Origin: Trichosphaerium sp. ATCC 40318
Lineage: Eukaryota > Protista > Tubulinea
Direction: 5' to 3'
DNA: 64,000 bases
Assembly: GCA_038496445.1 (NCBI GenBank)
Contig: JALMLS010000216.1
Coordinates: 594,144 to 658,143, forward strand
Below are positions 33,461 through 47,304 of this stretch, in pieces. The notes under the pieces are model-generated. The model worked only from the letters and a program-made list of their open reading frames with translations. It did no database searches and had not been told where the DNA came from. The stretch's first letter is position 1; every line of letters starts with the position of its first letter. The position numbers and the translations under genes are program-made.

Positions 33461-36400
33461 CTAGTGAACGTAGTTCACAGGTTTTCTAGACCGTGTACGA
33501 CGTGCTATAGGCGTAGCAGAAGATACTGCAGGACGTCTAAGAAAAGAGTAAGAAACCAAAAGAATCTAACAAAAAAAACGAGAAAAAAAAAAAGGTTTTT
33601 GGTCTTTCTTCACACGTACTTTTTCACACGAATCACACGTTTCTTTGTCCGTCTACCCTTTTTAGGTTGTTTAACAGGGGATTTATTTTCTTCATTTTCA
33701 ACATCTGCTAACTCTTCATCATCGTCATCTTTGACTTTCTTTGATTTCGATTTTGTAGAACGAGTTGATCTTGTTGTTTTTGCTTTCTTTTGTGGTGGTT
33801 CATCGTCACCATCATCTTCCATGATGTTCAACTTTACAGGAGAAAGAGGTTCACGTGTCTTTGACTCAGTTTTCTGTTTTTTAGAACCTGATTTCAATGG
33901 TGTAACGAGTTTATCAAATTTTCGTTTCAAGGCTAAAAAAAAAAGTTAGTACCTTGAACCTATTGACATACTTCTAACTAAACTTACACTTAGGTGTGGG
34001 CATCCTCCTTGGTGTAGACGCCTTCTTTGGTGTAGATACTTTGTTGGGCGTAGACAATTTGTTAGGTGTGCTATTAGCACGCCGTGGAGTGCTTGGTCTC
34101 TGTGGAGAACCTTGGGAAGTAGAAGGTTGCAAAGATGTCGTGGATTGCGAACCAGTCTTAAAACTATCCATCTCTGAAACAGACATGCCAAGGCGAGCCT
34201 CAAGCTGTGTGACTTGTGACTTTAAAGTAGCAGTTTCTTCACGAAGAGACTTAGCCTCTTCTCGGAACTCATCTAAGTTCTGTGTCTGTTGAACCTATTC
34301 AGAATGTTAACACTCATTTATCATTTCTTTGCAAAAACTGAAAAAAAACAATCGTACGTTTTCTATAGCCATGGTTTCTAGACGCTCTTGGTAACTTTTT
34401 GCGGCTTGTTCACTCTTTGCGTGTTTGTTTTTTAATTCTTTAATTGTGGCGCGAAGTACTTTAATATCCTAAACGCAGACAAGTAAGTTTTACGCCCAAA
34501 CAAAGAACTTTTACAAACAACAATAGATAGACATACCTGTTCCTTTTTTGTCAAACCATTTTGATGCTTCTTCATATTAACATTAGTATCACGTAACTGC
34601 GATTCTAGCATATGATGATTTTGTTGAAGCTGTGCATGGGTGTGAAAGAGTGCATCATAATCTTGAAAGAAACACGTCAACAATCACTCTTTTTTTCTGA
34701 TTCATTTCAGAAAAAAAAAACGCACTTTGACTATCATTAGCCATGCCTGCTTGAAGCAACTCAAATTGCTTTCTGTAGTTTGTATTTAAAATATTAATCT
34801 GAGCTTGTAACCGACGCTGATATTTTTTACGTAAAGTTGCAACCATTGGCATGACATCACGATAAACTTTATCTCTGAAAAAAGAATAAATAAGATAAAA
34901 ACAAAAAAAAACAAACACCAAACTCTACCTTATCCTCATCTCGTATAACAGTTCATCAGGTCCTTGAAGCTCTGTGTTTTGTGTTGGTACTGGTGGAGGT
35001 GGTATTATATCCTCTGTAGGGCCATTAAGGTTTAAGTTTGCTTGACAAAAGTAAGCACAAATAAAAGTACGAAGTAGAAAAATTTAACAGTGTAGTGTTA
35101 TTAGAAAACTCAAGTATCTCTATCGTACCAGAGTCATGTGAATCAAGAGCAAGTGGAACAGGATCCGGTAATACAGGTACAAGCTTAACAGGTCTTTTCT
35201 TTGTGGTAGTAACAACAGATTGCGTGACAGAAGCGAACTTTAACGCATGTGTTGTTTCTTCAACGTATAAACTACTTGGATTGACATTAATAATCATAGC
35301 CTAGTGCCTTTCGTTAGTACAAGGAAAGCAGCTAAGTAATACAACAATATCAATATGTATATACCAACGTACTGTTCGCCCTCCTTTAACACTAAAGTGT
35401 TCACGGAAGAGTTGAGTAAGTTTGCAATCTTTGAAAGGAATACGTTTTTGTCTGTTTGGATGTTCTTGATTATATCTCATAGCATCAATACAACGACGTA
35501 ATATCATAAGGGATTTGTTAATAGCACCAGCTTCTTTAAGTCTAGCGCCTCTACAGAAAGAAAAACAATCAGAAAAAACACTTTTTTTTTGATGAAGGTT
35601 TAACAAACATACGTCGCATTTGTTTTATCGCTTCGCTCAGCACCTGCAAGATCGACTACAAAGAACCTACGTTGTGATAAATTCTCACGCATACCTTTCT
35701 AGATGAAGAAGTGAGACAACGACGCAACAACACCAAAAAAACTTGTGCGAAGAAAAAAAAAAAAGCAAACAAAACAAGTACTTGTTAACAAGCGAATTAC
35801 TAACCTTATCGAGCGTGTGAATATCAACACCTTTGCGTATTGTAATAAGCTTAATAGTTAATACACCGTGACTTCTACTAGAACCAGCATTAAGGTCTGT
35901 AGAAAACACTTGGCGATTTTTTTGGCCTTGAATCAATTTTTCAAGACCAACCTTAATAAAATGAACGTCAGTATCCGTCAAAAGAGTTCTAAAACAAATT
36001 TCCAACATGTACTGCATGTTGTTCTTAATTATCAACTCTACGTACTTGTGCATCGCTAACACCAATCTCAGTAAGCCCTCGGACTTTACCTCCTTTGCTT
36101 TGGATAGGCAGATTCTTCTTTGTTGGGTCTAGCAAGTCGTTTACGCGATCGTTGTAGATTTCAAGATAAGAAATGACGACACGTCTCTCAAAGTCATCCT
36201 AAAGCGTAGTAGAGTAAGCAACACGTTTAATGACTCACGGTGTTTTGAATAAGCACTTAAACAAACAAAAAGAAAATGCCATAAAAACGGTCTCTGGTGC
36301 GTACATCTTTTGTTTCTATTGTTTCAAAGATACTGTGCAGAATTCTAGGGATTAATCCAGGCGACTTTCTAGATCCCATTATAGTATGCGTTTTACCAGC

Positions 36401-36937
36401 GTTTGTAGGCCCATAGGCGAATAATAGGCAATTATTGCCTTCAGTAAAGTCTCTAAGCATCCTCGAGCATAGGTTATTGTATATTTCCTCCTATATACTT
36501 CATTAGTTACGTTTATTTAACGTTTCAGTTGGTAATGTTGAATTTTTTGGCTGTTTTTTATGTTTCTCTCGTTTAATAAGCGCAATTACGCACTTGGGTG
36601 CTAGATTCGCCAAATGTTTTATCGAATTTGAAATGCAAACCGTGGCCTTGTCGCTTTGTTATCGTACAGCCATTTTTTCCTTTTAAATGTAATGAGTTGA
36701 TGTATGTACAAATAGACAGCAGTACTTGTAAGGCGAATGCATTTTGTGTTTGGGTCATTTGCAGCCACCGGTCTTACTCTAAGAACAACGCGCACTGCGT
36801 CATCGTCTATTTGATCAATACTAAATAATTATTAGCTCCATGTATGAGGTTTTCGTCGCGAACTCTTCAGTTTGGTCTATTTCCATTGCGGATGATTCTG
36901 TAAGGCTCTCAGCTTGATCTGAGGCGTTTTGCGACAT
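33461..36937 (-). CDS. Kinesin-6 family (KIF20/MKLP-like) motor protein, spliced
   Basis: P-loop YGPTNAGKTHT, switch I SSRSH, switch II DLAGAER, RLKEAGAINKSL and IPFKDCKLTQLF. Coiled coil, then a basic TP-rich tail ending TPIARRTRSRKPVNYVH. Confidence 0.9.
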
Positions 36938-37898
36938 CGTAACGTCTATTTTATTGTTTGAAATGGCGCCAAAATTTGAAATTTTTAGACTTTTTACTAA
37001 CCGATTTTTTGCCGTTCGTTTCACTTTCTTGCAGTACATACTTTCCATTGCTACAAATGTTCGCTTGCCTCCCCTTTCAATAATGTTACTAGCGAAAAAT
37101 GGCGTTTGAGGTAGAGCTTGTTATATACGGTTATAAACGCCCCAAACGCAACGTACAAAGGTATGTAGCCTCAAGGCGCGACCAAAATGCTTTGTTCAAA
37201 CTTCATTTACGCACGTTATCGTATCTTACGCGCCTATGTTAGCTTACGCTATTGTAAATTACCTGTAGTGTAAGCGCGTTTTAGTAAACTACTTTTTGAA
37301 CGCAGAGTAGACATTACATTTCTGATGCCGTATTTTGATGCATTTTCTCGCTCATTTTGCCTTACTTGTCAGTGAGAGCAACTTTACACGTATTTACGTT
37401 CGCGTAAATCCTACATCACAAAGTGAACCGCTGCCTTGCTTCATCTGGAGAATGTCATCGGTTCACGTATTTTTGTTACTGCCTTTGTTGCCTAATGACT
37501 TTTTCAAATTCGCAACCTTTTTCGGTTGACAGATAATGTGTGAGTAACCTCAACGAAACTACAATCTTACGTTTACAAGTAGTACGCGAATAATGACATG
37601 CCAATCACTTAACAATCCATTATGCAATTAGTATATTTGCTGATGAAGAAGAGGATGGTATACTTAAAAACTGTAATGACGGTGGTGCAAACCTGGCTGA
37701 TTCCAAGAATAAAGAAGAGGGCTAAATCCGTCAACTATTACTAAAGTGAAAAGTTTGCGAACAAGTATAGAAGTGCTTGTTTAATAGGACAATGTTTTAA
37801 GTATATTAGTACAGAGTGTTGCATTGTTAAATACAGTCTGAACGCAACTTAATGCTTTAAGCCCATAAGTCTATGCGCATGAAACAAACACAAAAAAA

Positions 37899-39522
37899 AT
37901 GAACCGAACAGACAGTCCTGACGCAGTTGAAGTCGAATATTTGAAAACTGTTGATTTAAGCACTGGTACACTAATTATAGCACGAGTTGTATTAAATGTA
38001 ACAATAATAGACCCAAGCAGGCTTGAGAACTGGTATGAAGGTATAAAAGACGAGACTTTTGCGACTGTACTGTTTAAAATGACTGCGGAGGTACAAGAAA
38101 AGTTAAAACCTTTATTTTCGTATCTTAGACTAACCGTATGAAAAAGGAAGCTGAGGCAATGACCAAATACAGAGACTATTGTAGAATGATTCAACGATGT
38201 TCTCAATTCAGTGAAGGCAAAGAATTCAAAAAAGAAGATTACCCTTTTGATGAGGACCAAATGGAAGTATTGAATAAAGTATGGCTACCAACCTTATGTT
38301 GTGTCTTGTTGATGTACAAATAGTTTGAAGCCAAACTTCAAGGATATTTAGATAAGTTCCCTAAAGGAGGGTTCATTAAACTGTCCACCAGGAGGTATGA
38401 TTAGGTGTTTGTTGATTGTTGTGTTAATGTATTTGTATAGTCCAAAGGATGCTGCATTGTCTGGGAAAAGAATAAGAAAAGTTTTAGAGAAGGAGCTTGC
38501 TGAAGTACCTAATACTGATACAGGGAATATGATAGCGTTTATTAGAGCTTGTTGTAAAGCGCTTTGTGTACATACAGCAAAAGAGGCCATAGAACTTCTT
38601 CTAAGCAGGTGCGCTTGAGTTTCTTTTTTTTTTTTTTTTTTTTTCTTTTAACTTACACTTTCAAGCTCACGTATCTACAACGACCTTTCTGGTGCTAAAC
38701 TACAGCAAGGGTCAGAGTTTGATATGAATATTGTAATAAGGGAATGGGAAGATATAGCGCATGAATGGGAGTTCAGAGGTACTGGTGTTATTTTTACTTA
38801 AATCAAAAGAGATATTAGCGACTTTGTGCATTTGTTTTTATAAGTGGTTGTAACTGTTTTAGCCTTCGTTATTGATAGGAAATTGACAGCTTGTACTCAG
38901 TATTATAAGCTTTGTTTTGTACCTGAGATGCTAAAAGTTGGGAAGAAAGCTATTGGTGAATACATTCAATCATACTTTGCTTCTGTTGTTGATAAAATTA
39001 AGCATGACAACTATACTATAGACTTTGCAATTAGCCCACAACTAGATAAAGTACGCTATTTTTCTTTTAGAAATAACGGGTATTCTACTATTCAGTGATT
39101 AAGCCACTACCTTTTGTCATAGGCAAGAATAATCGAAATTAATCATCCGGTGAGTTTTAATTTATAATGATAGTTTCTCTCTTTTTTCTTGTTTTTTTTC
39201 TGAGTATCTCAATAGCCGCCTATGGCAGGAACAGCTTTGTTTGATTGGGAATCTGCTACCGAAAGACAGGTATAGATTGAATAATTTTTCAGTGCACGTG
39301 GCATAACAACTACTCTAGATTATGAGAAAAGGTCCTTTCGAGTTAAGGATTCTAGAAAGCGAGGTATGGCTTTCAGAAATATCTTTATTTAAAATAACCA
39401 CTTGCTTTTCATAGTTGGACAATCCTCTGGAAGAAATTGAAGGAAGTTTACGTGATTGTATCCGTGATATAAGAGCTAATAAGAAATCCACGGGTGAGGA
39501 AAAAAAGTGTAGCGTAATGTAG
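37899..39522 (+). CDS. CDC123-like (R2K clade) ATP-grasp protein with C-terminal CaaX, spliced
   Basis: ENWY, FIKLSTRSPKDA, SSRIYNDL, IREWEDI..EWEFRAFV, LTACTQY, YTIDFA and IIEINHP. It ends EEKKCSVM-stop. Confidence 0.85.
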
Positions 39523-39748
39523 TGGAAGAAATAAAGGTTGTTAAAAAACCTACAATATTGAAAACTGGTTTAACTTGTAGCGTAAGCATACGAACAGATG
39601 GGTACACACTTCTATCTTGATGATTTTGGAGTGGCCTTAGTAGAAGTGAAAACTGTTAAAAAGTATTGGTGTGAAATGACTTTCAAAATAATATGTGCAC
39701 GTGTTGTTGTGGTGATAACTATTTATTACAAAGATTTCTTTTACATTC

Positions 39749-42700
39749 TTATGACTTTAACATATTTAAGAGTTGCTTCTTTAACACACCAACAGATAAG
39801 TTACAACCATCAGAATTATCAGAAATAATAGGATTTTTCTTATTCTTTGTTGATTGTTCTTCATCAGCAGATGAGTCATTATCTGGTGGATTAGATAATA
39901 AACTTGGTGTACGTCTTCTCTTTCTACGCTTCATTGTTTGTGGTGGAAGAAGAGAAGAAGAAGACGAAGAAGGCTTTGAAGAAATATTTTTTTCTTTTTT
40001 TGATTTTGATAATATATCCTTTATAGTTGTTACCAAATCAAGTGGCTTTATGTTAGGTGGTGTTAACGGCCATATTTCTTTGATTTGATTCGTGTTTTTT
40101 GTACTCCCTAGACTCAAAAAATAAGGAAATTTCTTGACTAAAAAAATCACGTCAAGAAAAACACACATAGCCTGCTGGAGTACTACTATATTGTTCTCAA
40201 AACAAGTTCGTATCATTTTATGATACTATTAAATGGTATACAGCAATTTACAGAATTTTTCAATCAAAAGAAGAACATACCTTGTAAGCAATGAATAAGC
40301 AATGCTTGAAATAGTTTAAAATGTTCGATTTTTTCTCTTGCATCAATTTTTGACTTTACAAGTTGAAGAGCACGTGGCCAATATGCATCACCTAGTAATA
40401 GAAATAGTTGTAATGCCCTAAATAGTTATTAAAAATATTTTCAGGTAGGTGTAAAGAAAGTACCGCATAGATTCATTGGCACGTAAAAGTAGACCAACAC
40501 GTGCATTAACATTCGCTGAAGTGATGTTTGATGGATGCAACAGAGGTGGTAGAACATCTATAGCGCGTGTATAGTAGCTCCTAAAATAAACATCAACAAA
40601 ATCAGCTCTTATATAGACCAAGATTTTAGCGTACCTTTGGTTACTGTACGGCTTATTGCCCGATATTTTTTGTCTTTTCTCAAATTCCTTTGCTGGTAAA
40701 ATTGTTGGTATTGGGAAACCATTTACTAAAGTATGGTTAATAAAATGTTCTGTACTGATATTAGTATCATGCTTACACTTGAGGAAAACACAGTGAACCA
40801 AATCGACAAAAGGAAGCAAAAAATGAGGTTTGTGCGTGTAATATAAAGTACACAAAATCTCGAATAAAGGATGTGCTCTAGTTCTCAAAGTTGTTGGTGA
40901 GAAATCGACCTAAACCAAGTTATTAAACCAATATGGCTTTATGAGTAGATGCGTACTGTTGACTCTTCAGGTTGAAACAAGGCTGGGTTAAATTCAGGTA
41001 AAGACATGGGTACACTCTATTATCAAAAAGTCAGAAAATTAATAGAAACCAGAAAAAAATAAGAAGTTTTTTTTCAAAACCCGAAAACGTACTGTAGAGA
41101 ATGTTTCTGTCTTTCTATCAATTGTTTTAGACACGCTTGATAAAACACTTTCATTAATACCAACAAGTTCTTGTATCTTATCCATCATTAATCGTGGTTC
41201 TCTTCGAACTAAGTACTCCTAAAAACAACTTTTAAAAATAATAATTATACTACCCCAAAGTACCAATTCAGCCCTCTCCAGCTGTGGTATTTGAGAGGCT
41301 TCAACTAAGGCTCCAAACAGATACAAGTTATCTTCTTCCTCCTACAAAGAAATTAAATAAAATCTTTCAAAAAAAAGAGTTTTAGGCTTCGTACTGTACT
41401 AGCTTCATCTGTTCCAAGATTGGCGTATTTTTCAACGACAGGAGCTAGAGATACGTTTAAAGGAGTGTGGTACTGATAGGAAACACTACAGAACGTTAAA
41501 ATAACGTGACAATACTGTTTACATACGCATGTGCTAGGCGAGAAATTTCATTGTCAGATGGTTTTTTGCTTCGGCTTGATAAACCACGAGCTTGCTTAGC
41601 AGCGAAGGAAAGTTCACCAGAATACTTTGCCAAAAATTCAAGTAATTGTCCAGAAACAAACCCAGGATATGCATTACCTAATACGCGTGAGCTCAAAAAG
41701 AAGGCTAAAGGCTCCAGACTCAAAAAAAAACATAGTTTAAGGTTGTATAATTTAGACTTATTACCTTTTGATAACAGAGCAAGAATCAAGCCTACAAGTG
41801 ATGTTAGGTTAAAACACTATGCAGGGTATACGCACCAGGGTTTTGTAGACGGGGTAGTAATGCTTTGCAAGCTGGAAGAAGTACTTCATCTTCAACAATA
41901 CCTGGTTGATCAGCTACCTGACCTGCACAGGCAATAATACTTTCAAGTACGTATTTCGCATGAAACTCATCTAGACCCCAAGCTAAAAGAGAATAAAATA
42001 AGAAATTGAGTGTACACTCAATCCAAAAAAAACAAAGCGTCATACCTTTGCATATATTTCCAGCAGCTATAAAATTCTTTTTTGCATCTTCCTCAGAAGC
42101 TGATTTTGCTAAATTCTGAGTTGTAGCTACAACTGGCGGAGCAACTATTTGCCATATGCTTCCTACAATTACTAATAAGTACATTACTACTATTGCTGTA
42201 TACTAACCCATCGAATGAATGCCAACAGGTACATCACCCTGACGAGTCCAAAGCTTACCACCTAGAGTAAAAAATTAGCTTCAGTGATGTTGATAGTGTC
42301 TCTACTCGTACCTGTAAGAGGTAAAGCTCCTTCACTTATAATCAAACCACTTTGAACATCATAAACACGTACAGTGGTCTTAAAAAAAATATACATTAGG
42401 AAGCTGCGTTTAAATAGCTATACTTACATCATAAAACAGCATTAATGATAACTGTTGGATATCAGCGTCTTTGATTACTTTATCTGGATTGAATGCTTGT
42501 AAATCACATAGTTTATAAGCTACAAGTTCCTAAAAATCTGGTAAGAGATGTGAAGATAGAGGAGTAGTAAATGGGAACTTACTTGATTTTCTATGTCTGG
42601 TTTAATAATTTTTATTGAACCCTGTTCTTCTACAACCACAAGTTCACGTGTCAACTGATGAACAATCCTAAAAAATGAAGATATATTAATATTAACCGTT

Positions 42701-44127
42701 TAGTATGTCTGTACCTTGCAACAGGACTAGATACACCCACTGATTTCGTGCTACTAAGAGAGGAAAAAATAAGTACGAATTTATCAAGATAAAAGGTGTC
42801 CAAGTGAAATCACGTGTTAACGTGGCCAAAAAACAAAAAAGATGTGATATTTTAACCAAGTGGTTTAATAGGCCATGAAAAAAATACACAACATCACGTA
42901 CAATTTTGATGTTTGGTTTGGGTTGGCATTTAAAGAATACAAAGTATGATCTGTATTGCTCCAGAATTGAAGATCTTTTTCGTTCAAGAGCCAAATTCCT
43001 TTAACAAGCAATTACTAGATGTATGACACACGTGTTAATTTACCTCTAGGACCAGATATACATTCTACAACAGGGGAAACAGTATCTAATAATTGAGATG
43101 GTTCAACCTGAGCTTTAACACCGATTCCTTCAACTTTAACGTATTAGTTTTATATATTAGAATACTATACGTACTCGATGAGTCTCTTAGAATACCTACT
43201 GAACATGTGAACAGTTGTACTAAATCACCATCCGGCATATCCTAAGAATATCAGAAAAAATCAAAAAAAAAAAGTGTCTTTTGCTTCCAAATTCTTTGCT
43301 TTCATTGTCAAATACCTGGCACCAAAATATCGCGTATCTATGGCTTGTATAATGTATACAAGCAGCAGTAATATTTGTAGCATCTAAATAATGGATTCAA
43401 CATGAAAGTAATAGAACCAGAAAAGGTTTCTCAAAAAAATAAGTTTTTTGACACATGTACGTACTTTTATCGCCTACCAATAAATTATGCTCAGCAATCT
43501 TTGTCCATTGAACACTATCATCATCCCAAAGCCAAAATAACGCATCTCCTGTTTCGGTTATGCACACCATTAATTGCCTGTCGACTAGATGAACCAAATA
43601 GGTCAATAATAGCTGAGATATGCGAACGAAGGCGAAATGAAGAGTTGGAAGGTGTAGAGAAAGTTTCTCGTTACATTTCATGTTCTTGTTGAAAGCTAAA
43701 TGCGCTGCTTACCGATTTGTAGAGTAACAATTGGAGATTTGACGCGTTGTAAAACTACTTCTGGTACAGGATTCACGTCTTTACCGTCAATATCCTTATT
43801 TGCGTCAGTTAGAGTCATAATACGCGTCGTACATCAATTAGAACTGTGTTTTGAGATGATGTCAATTTAGCAGTTGATACAACGCCATCAAACACTACAA
43901 ACGACTTGTGACCCTTGAATATCGCCCCCACATGTCCTGGACCTAATGTTGTTTGTTACAACGCTTCTTACTTGCGAAATATACGTACTGACGATCAGTT
44001 TTTCAACGTAACCGCGTTGGTGTTGTTTTTTATAAACTATTTGTTGTAGAACTGTGCCACCACGCAAATGTGCCCACGCCTTGGCGTCTACCTTGTCCCA
44101 TTTGAATTTACTCACAACACGCGACAT
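39749..44127 (-). CDS. Large protein, likely HPS6-like BLOC-2 subunit, spliced
   Basis: Beta-rich N-terminal exons and a helical C-terminus. HPLFEILCTLYYTHKPHFLLPFVDL...YYTRAIDVL resembles the HPS6 C-terminal block as recalled (PLFELLC....P.WL..FVEL...Y.RAL.VL). Confidence 0.55.
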
Positions 44128-44403
44128 TCTATCATTTGTAAACCACTTTGTTGTCGTCTGTCAAAAGAGCTTGGGTCAACTATCTTCTTTTTCGCTCATC
44201 TTTACTCTACGACATCACTATGGGCGGACTGTAGGCTTACGATTACTTTGGAGAGTTTTCAGAAAAGTGACAAGCTTTGATTGCATTTTTTTATTTTTTT
44301 TGACATTTTTGCTGTTACTACTTCGAACAGCCTTTATTACAATTTCTGCTTGTATTTATCAACAAACAAATATTAAAGGTTTCCATATATAACACGTGCA
44401 AGC

Positions 44404-46355
44404 TTATTTTTTGCCTACATAATGAAATAAAATATCGAAACCTTCTTTGTAAACGCCATAACCAAAATCTTTTTGTAGGTATTTATATTCTACCATATCA
44501 ATGCAAGTAGCGCCCAAAGCTACCTCAAATCTTTGTGTAGCATCTATATCACCACCTGGTGTAAGGCTACATAACTTTGCAATACCATCTTTAGGTGGTG
44601 GAGGTACTAAAATACCTATTTTTACAAATCCTAAAAAAAAAATAAAATAAGAAAGACTGATTACACCACTAACTACAGGTTATGATTTTTAGGGCTAGCT
44701 TGCCAAAAACGTTACATTACTTATTAAGCAACAGAAGAAGGGTACGAAGAAAATTGTAAGTTCTGTAAGAACAGTTGGTAAATTCGTTTTTTTTGTACCT
44801 TCGGAAGAAACTACAACACTTAAAACACAATCAGAAGTAGGTGGAGACATTCTAATTATCTCCATAGCCTCTTCAGGAGGTGGTGGGAAACCGAAAGCCT
44901 CATGTGCAGCTAATGCTATACGTAACTTATCAGCCAGTGGACCTCCATCACTACCTAATCGAAACTACACAGTCCATTAAAATAAACAAAACATTTCTTT
45001 TTTGGTTTTGCTTACGTCGAATTGTGTTTGTCGTGGTGGTGCTGCACCCATATCTAATGCACGTTAAATACGTTATATCGTTGTACAATGCAGTTTCTAC
45101 GTACCACGTCCTACACTTAGAACAGATGTAATGTTATTCATTTTAGCCCATTCAACAAGTGCTCTTGTAGCAATTCCCGTATCTGCTGCATTTAAAGCGC
45201 GATTTATAGCAGACTCTCCAGGAAAGTACCTGTAAAGAAATAATCAGTGAACTAATTCTCTGTTTAATAACAAACAATAAATCTTACCATCCTCCGTCCA
45301 TACCGCCCTTAGATGACATATCAATCCAACTACCTATATACATTGGGTTTAAACTACTACCACAATCATTGAGTCTATCAATCTCTGTTTCAGGAGCACC
45401 AACATTCCAGTAAAAGTCAACCATCCTCTGTATGAGGAGATCTTGTGGACCTAAAATTTGTCACAAAAATTCAAGTAGCTCCTAGCTAGGAGTGCAACAA
45501 GAGTTTGAATAACGCAGAGAAGCTAAAGATGACTTTCGGGTGATAACTTTTTTCACAAACAAATCGCATTCTAGTACCTTCACAACGCCATGATAATTGT
45601 TGTAGATTAGGCGTAATAGATGCTCGTATTTGTTTAACTTCGTGAGGAATACTTTCACACCAAATATCAAAAAATTCTTGTGATTTACTCTCTCCTATTT
45701 GTAGAAATGGAGCTACGCTTGCAGCTGCACGAAGAGCACCTTTAAAACTGTTCAGTGAAGTTAGGTTTAGATGATGTGTACCGTCATCGGAACCTTCTGT
45801 GCTAACTCGACTGCTTGATGGAGGCGACGCAGATGATCTGGATGGATTTTTAAGGCGATCTATTACCTGTAAAGCGTTACAAATTACATAGAAGCTTCTA
45901 GACTGCATGCGTACTTGACTTATGTTACTCATCCACTCTTCCTGTTCGATTTGGGTTTCAGGAAACATTATAAACACTCTGTTTGGCACAGAGACTGAGA
46001 AACAGTACTTCTTCCTGCTTGGGTGCTATAAAACATGTAATTAGTACGTTTACAGTGGGCAGTCTTACCTTTTTGACAAAAGATGTCTGTGTTAGCACTA
46101 TAACACCTGTTTCGCTATCATCCTGCGCATATTAGTATCGTTTTATCCAAATCTGTCGTACTGATTGCGTTTTGAAGTAGAACATTTTATTGCCTTTTAA
46201 CACCATCCAACGCTTCCTCCAGGATTTAATACGGCCTCCCTGTTTCGTTAGCCATCCACTATAATCTGATGGCTCCAAACTAGCTACAGATATGGTAGAC
46301 TATCATAAAGTAAGCGTTTATAATTTTTTGGGTAACTATAGAGCGACTGTACCAT
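44404..46355 (-). CDS. PH domain-containing protein with conserved uncharacterised C-terminal domain, spliced
   Basis: SGWLTKQGGRIKSWRKRWMVL...FYFK...YCFSV..PNRVF...EQEEWM (PH domain). It continues FFDIWCESIP and QRMVDFYWNVGAPETEIDRLND...IGSWIDMS..GGMDGGWYFP. Confidence 0.85.
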
Positions 46356-46724
46356 ATTTGTGCTTATTTTTGTACTGTTCAAAAAAAATGTCACTTTGAC
46401 TTTTTCCGCAGTTTGTGGCAGCAAGCGACCCAAAAACTTGTCGGAAATGCTACGACGCCAAAATACTATGCAACAAACTTACACAGTGGTACTATTAACG
46501 TTGCAGAGTTTTTAGTGATTTTAAATTTCTAAAAGCAACGTGCGTTTGCACGCTTTACCTGTACTACATATACTCACTATTGGCAGTATTTCACATAGTT
46601 TTATCATAAACTTGGTAGTAGAATTGACGTTTTTGAGCGCCAAATTCTAATCTCGTTTATATTTTATTACTAATCAATTAAAACACATCACAACACCTCA
46701 AGCAGCATTGCTTCATTATTTATT

Positions 46725-47111
46725 ATGCTTAAAGCAGTTCTACAACAGCTAAGCTCTCCATATCAATTCGAGATTGGAATTCCCCTGGAACAAGCAAAGC
46801 GCCCTCGCTACGATATAAGACGCTGCCCGCTCTTCTTAGAGCTGGTACAAATAGTACAAACACCAAAATGGAGTATGCTACGAGACCCGCTCAAACACAT
46901 CTCAAGGCTTCTACGATTCGTGCTATTCAACCATTTAGTGTCAGAAAGGCAAGGAGAGTGGAAATTAATCAACGTAAGCCCAGGAGAACTCTTTGACGCA
47001 TACAAACTCGTTGTATCATACGGACCAATTCTAGAGCCATCTCTAGTACCTAAAGAAGCGAAAAGAAAGTACCTACGGTTCTTACAGGCCTTCATAGCAA
47101 ACAAAGTGTAA
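46725..47111 (+). CDS. Small hypothetical protein (128 aa), intronless
   Basis: ATG-to-stop ORF with coding-like composition between two minus-strand genes. No motif recognised. Confidence 0.55.
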   Translation: MLKAVLQQLSSPYQFEIGIPLEQAKRPRYDIRRCPLFLELVQIVQTPKWSMLRDPLKHISRLLRFVLFNHLVSERQGEWKLINVSPGELFDAYKLVVSYGPILEPSLVPKEAKRKYLRFLQAFIANKV

Positions 47112-47304
47112 AAACGCAAAACTATGAAAAAAAAACGTAAAAGAATTGTACAATAAACCATGTAATTTAGCTTAGAAAATCTTAGCAGTTGTAACGTATC
47201 ATTTATTTAAATAGCACACAAACACGTATTTCTTAACTTCACGAGATTTTTTTTTGTAGAATTCTTCATGGAAAGAACTCGAGTGCCATATGGTTTTATG
47301 AAAT

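Noticed and set aside
35630-35660. Kinesin switch II DLAGAE instead of DLAGSE
   Set aside because: A conservative variant that I recall in other kinesin-6 members. All other motor motifs are intact.
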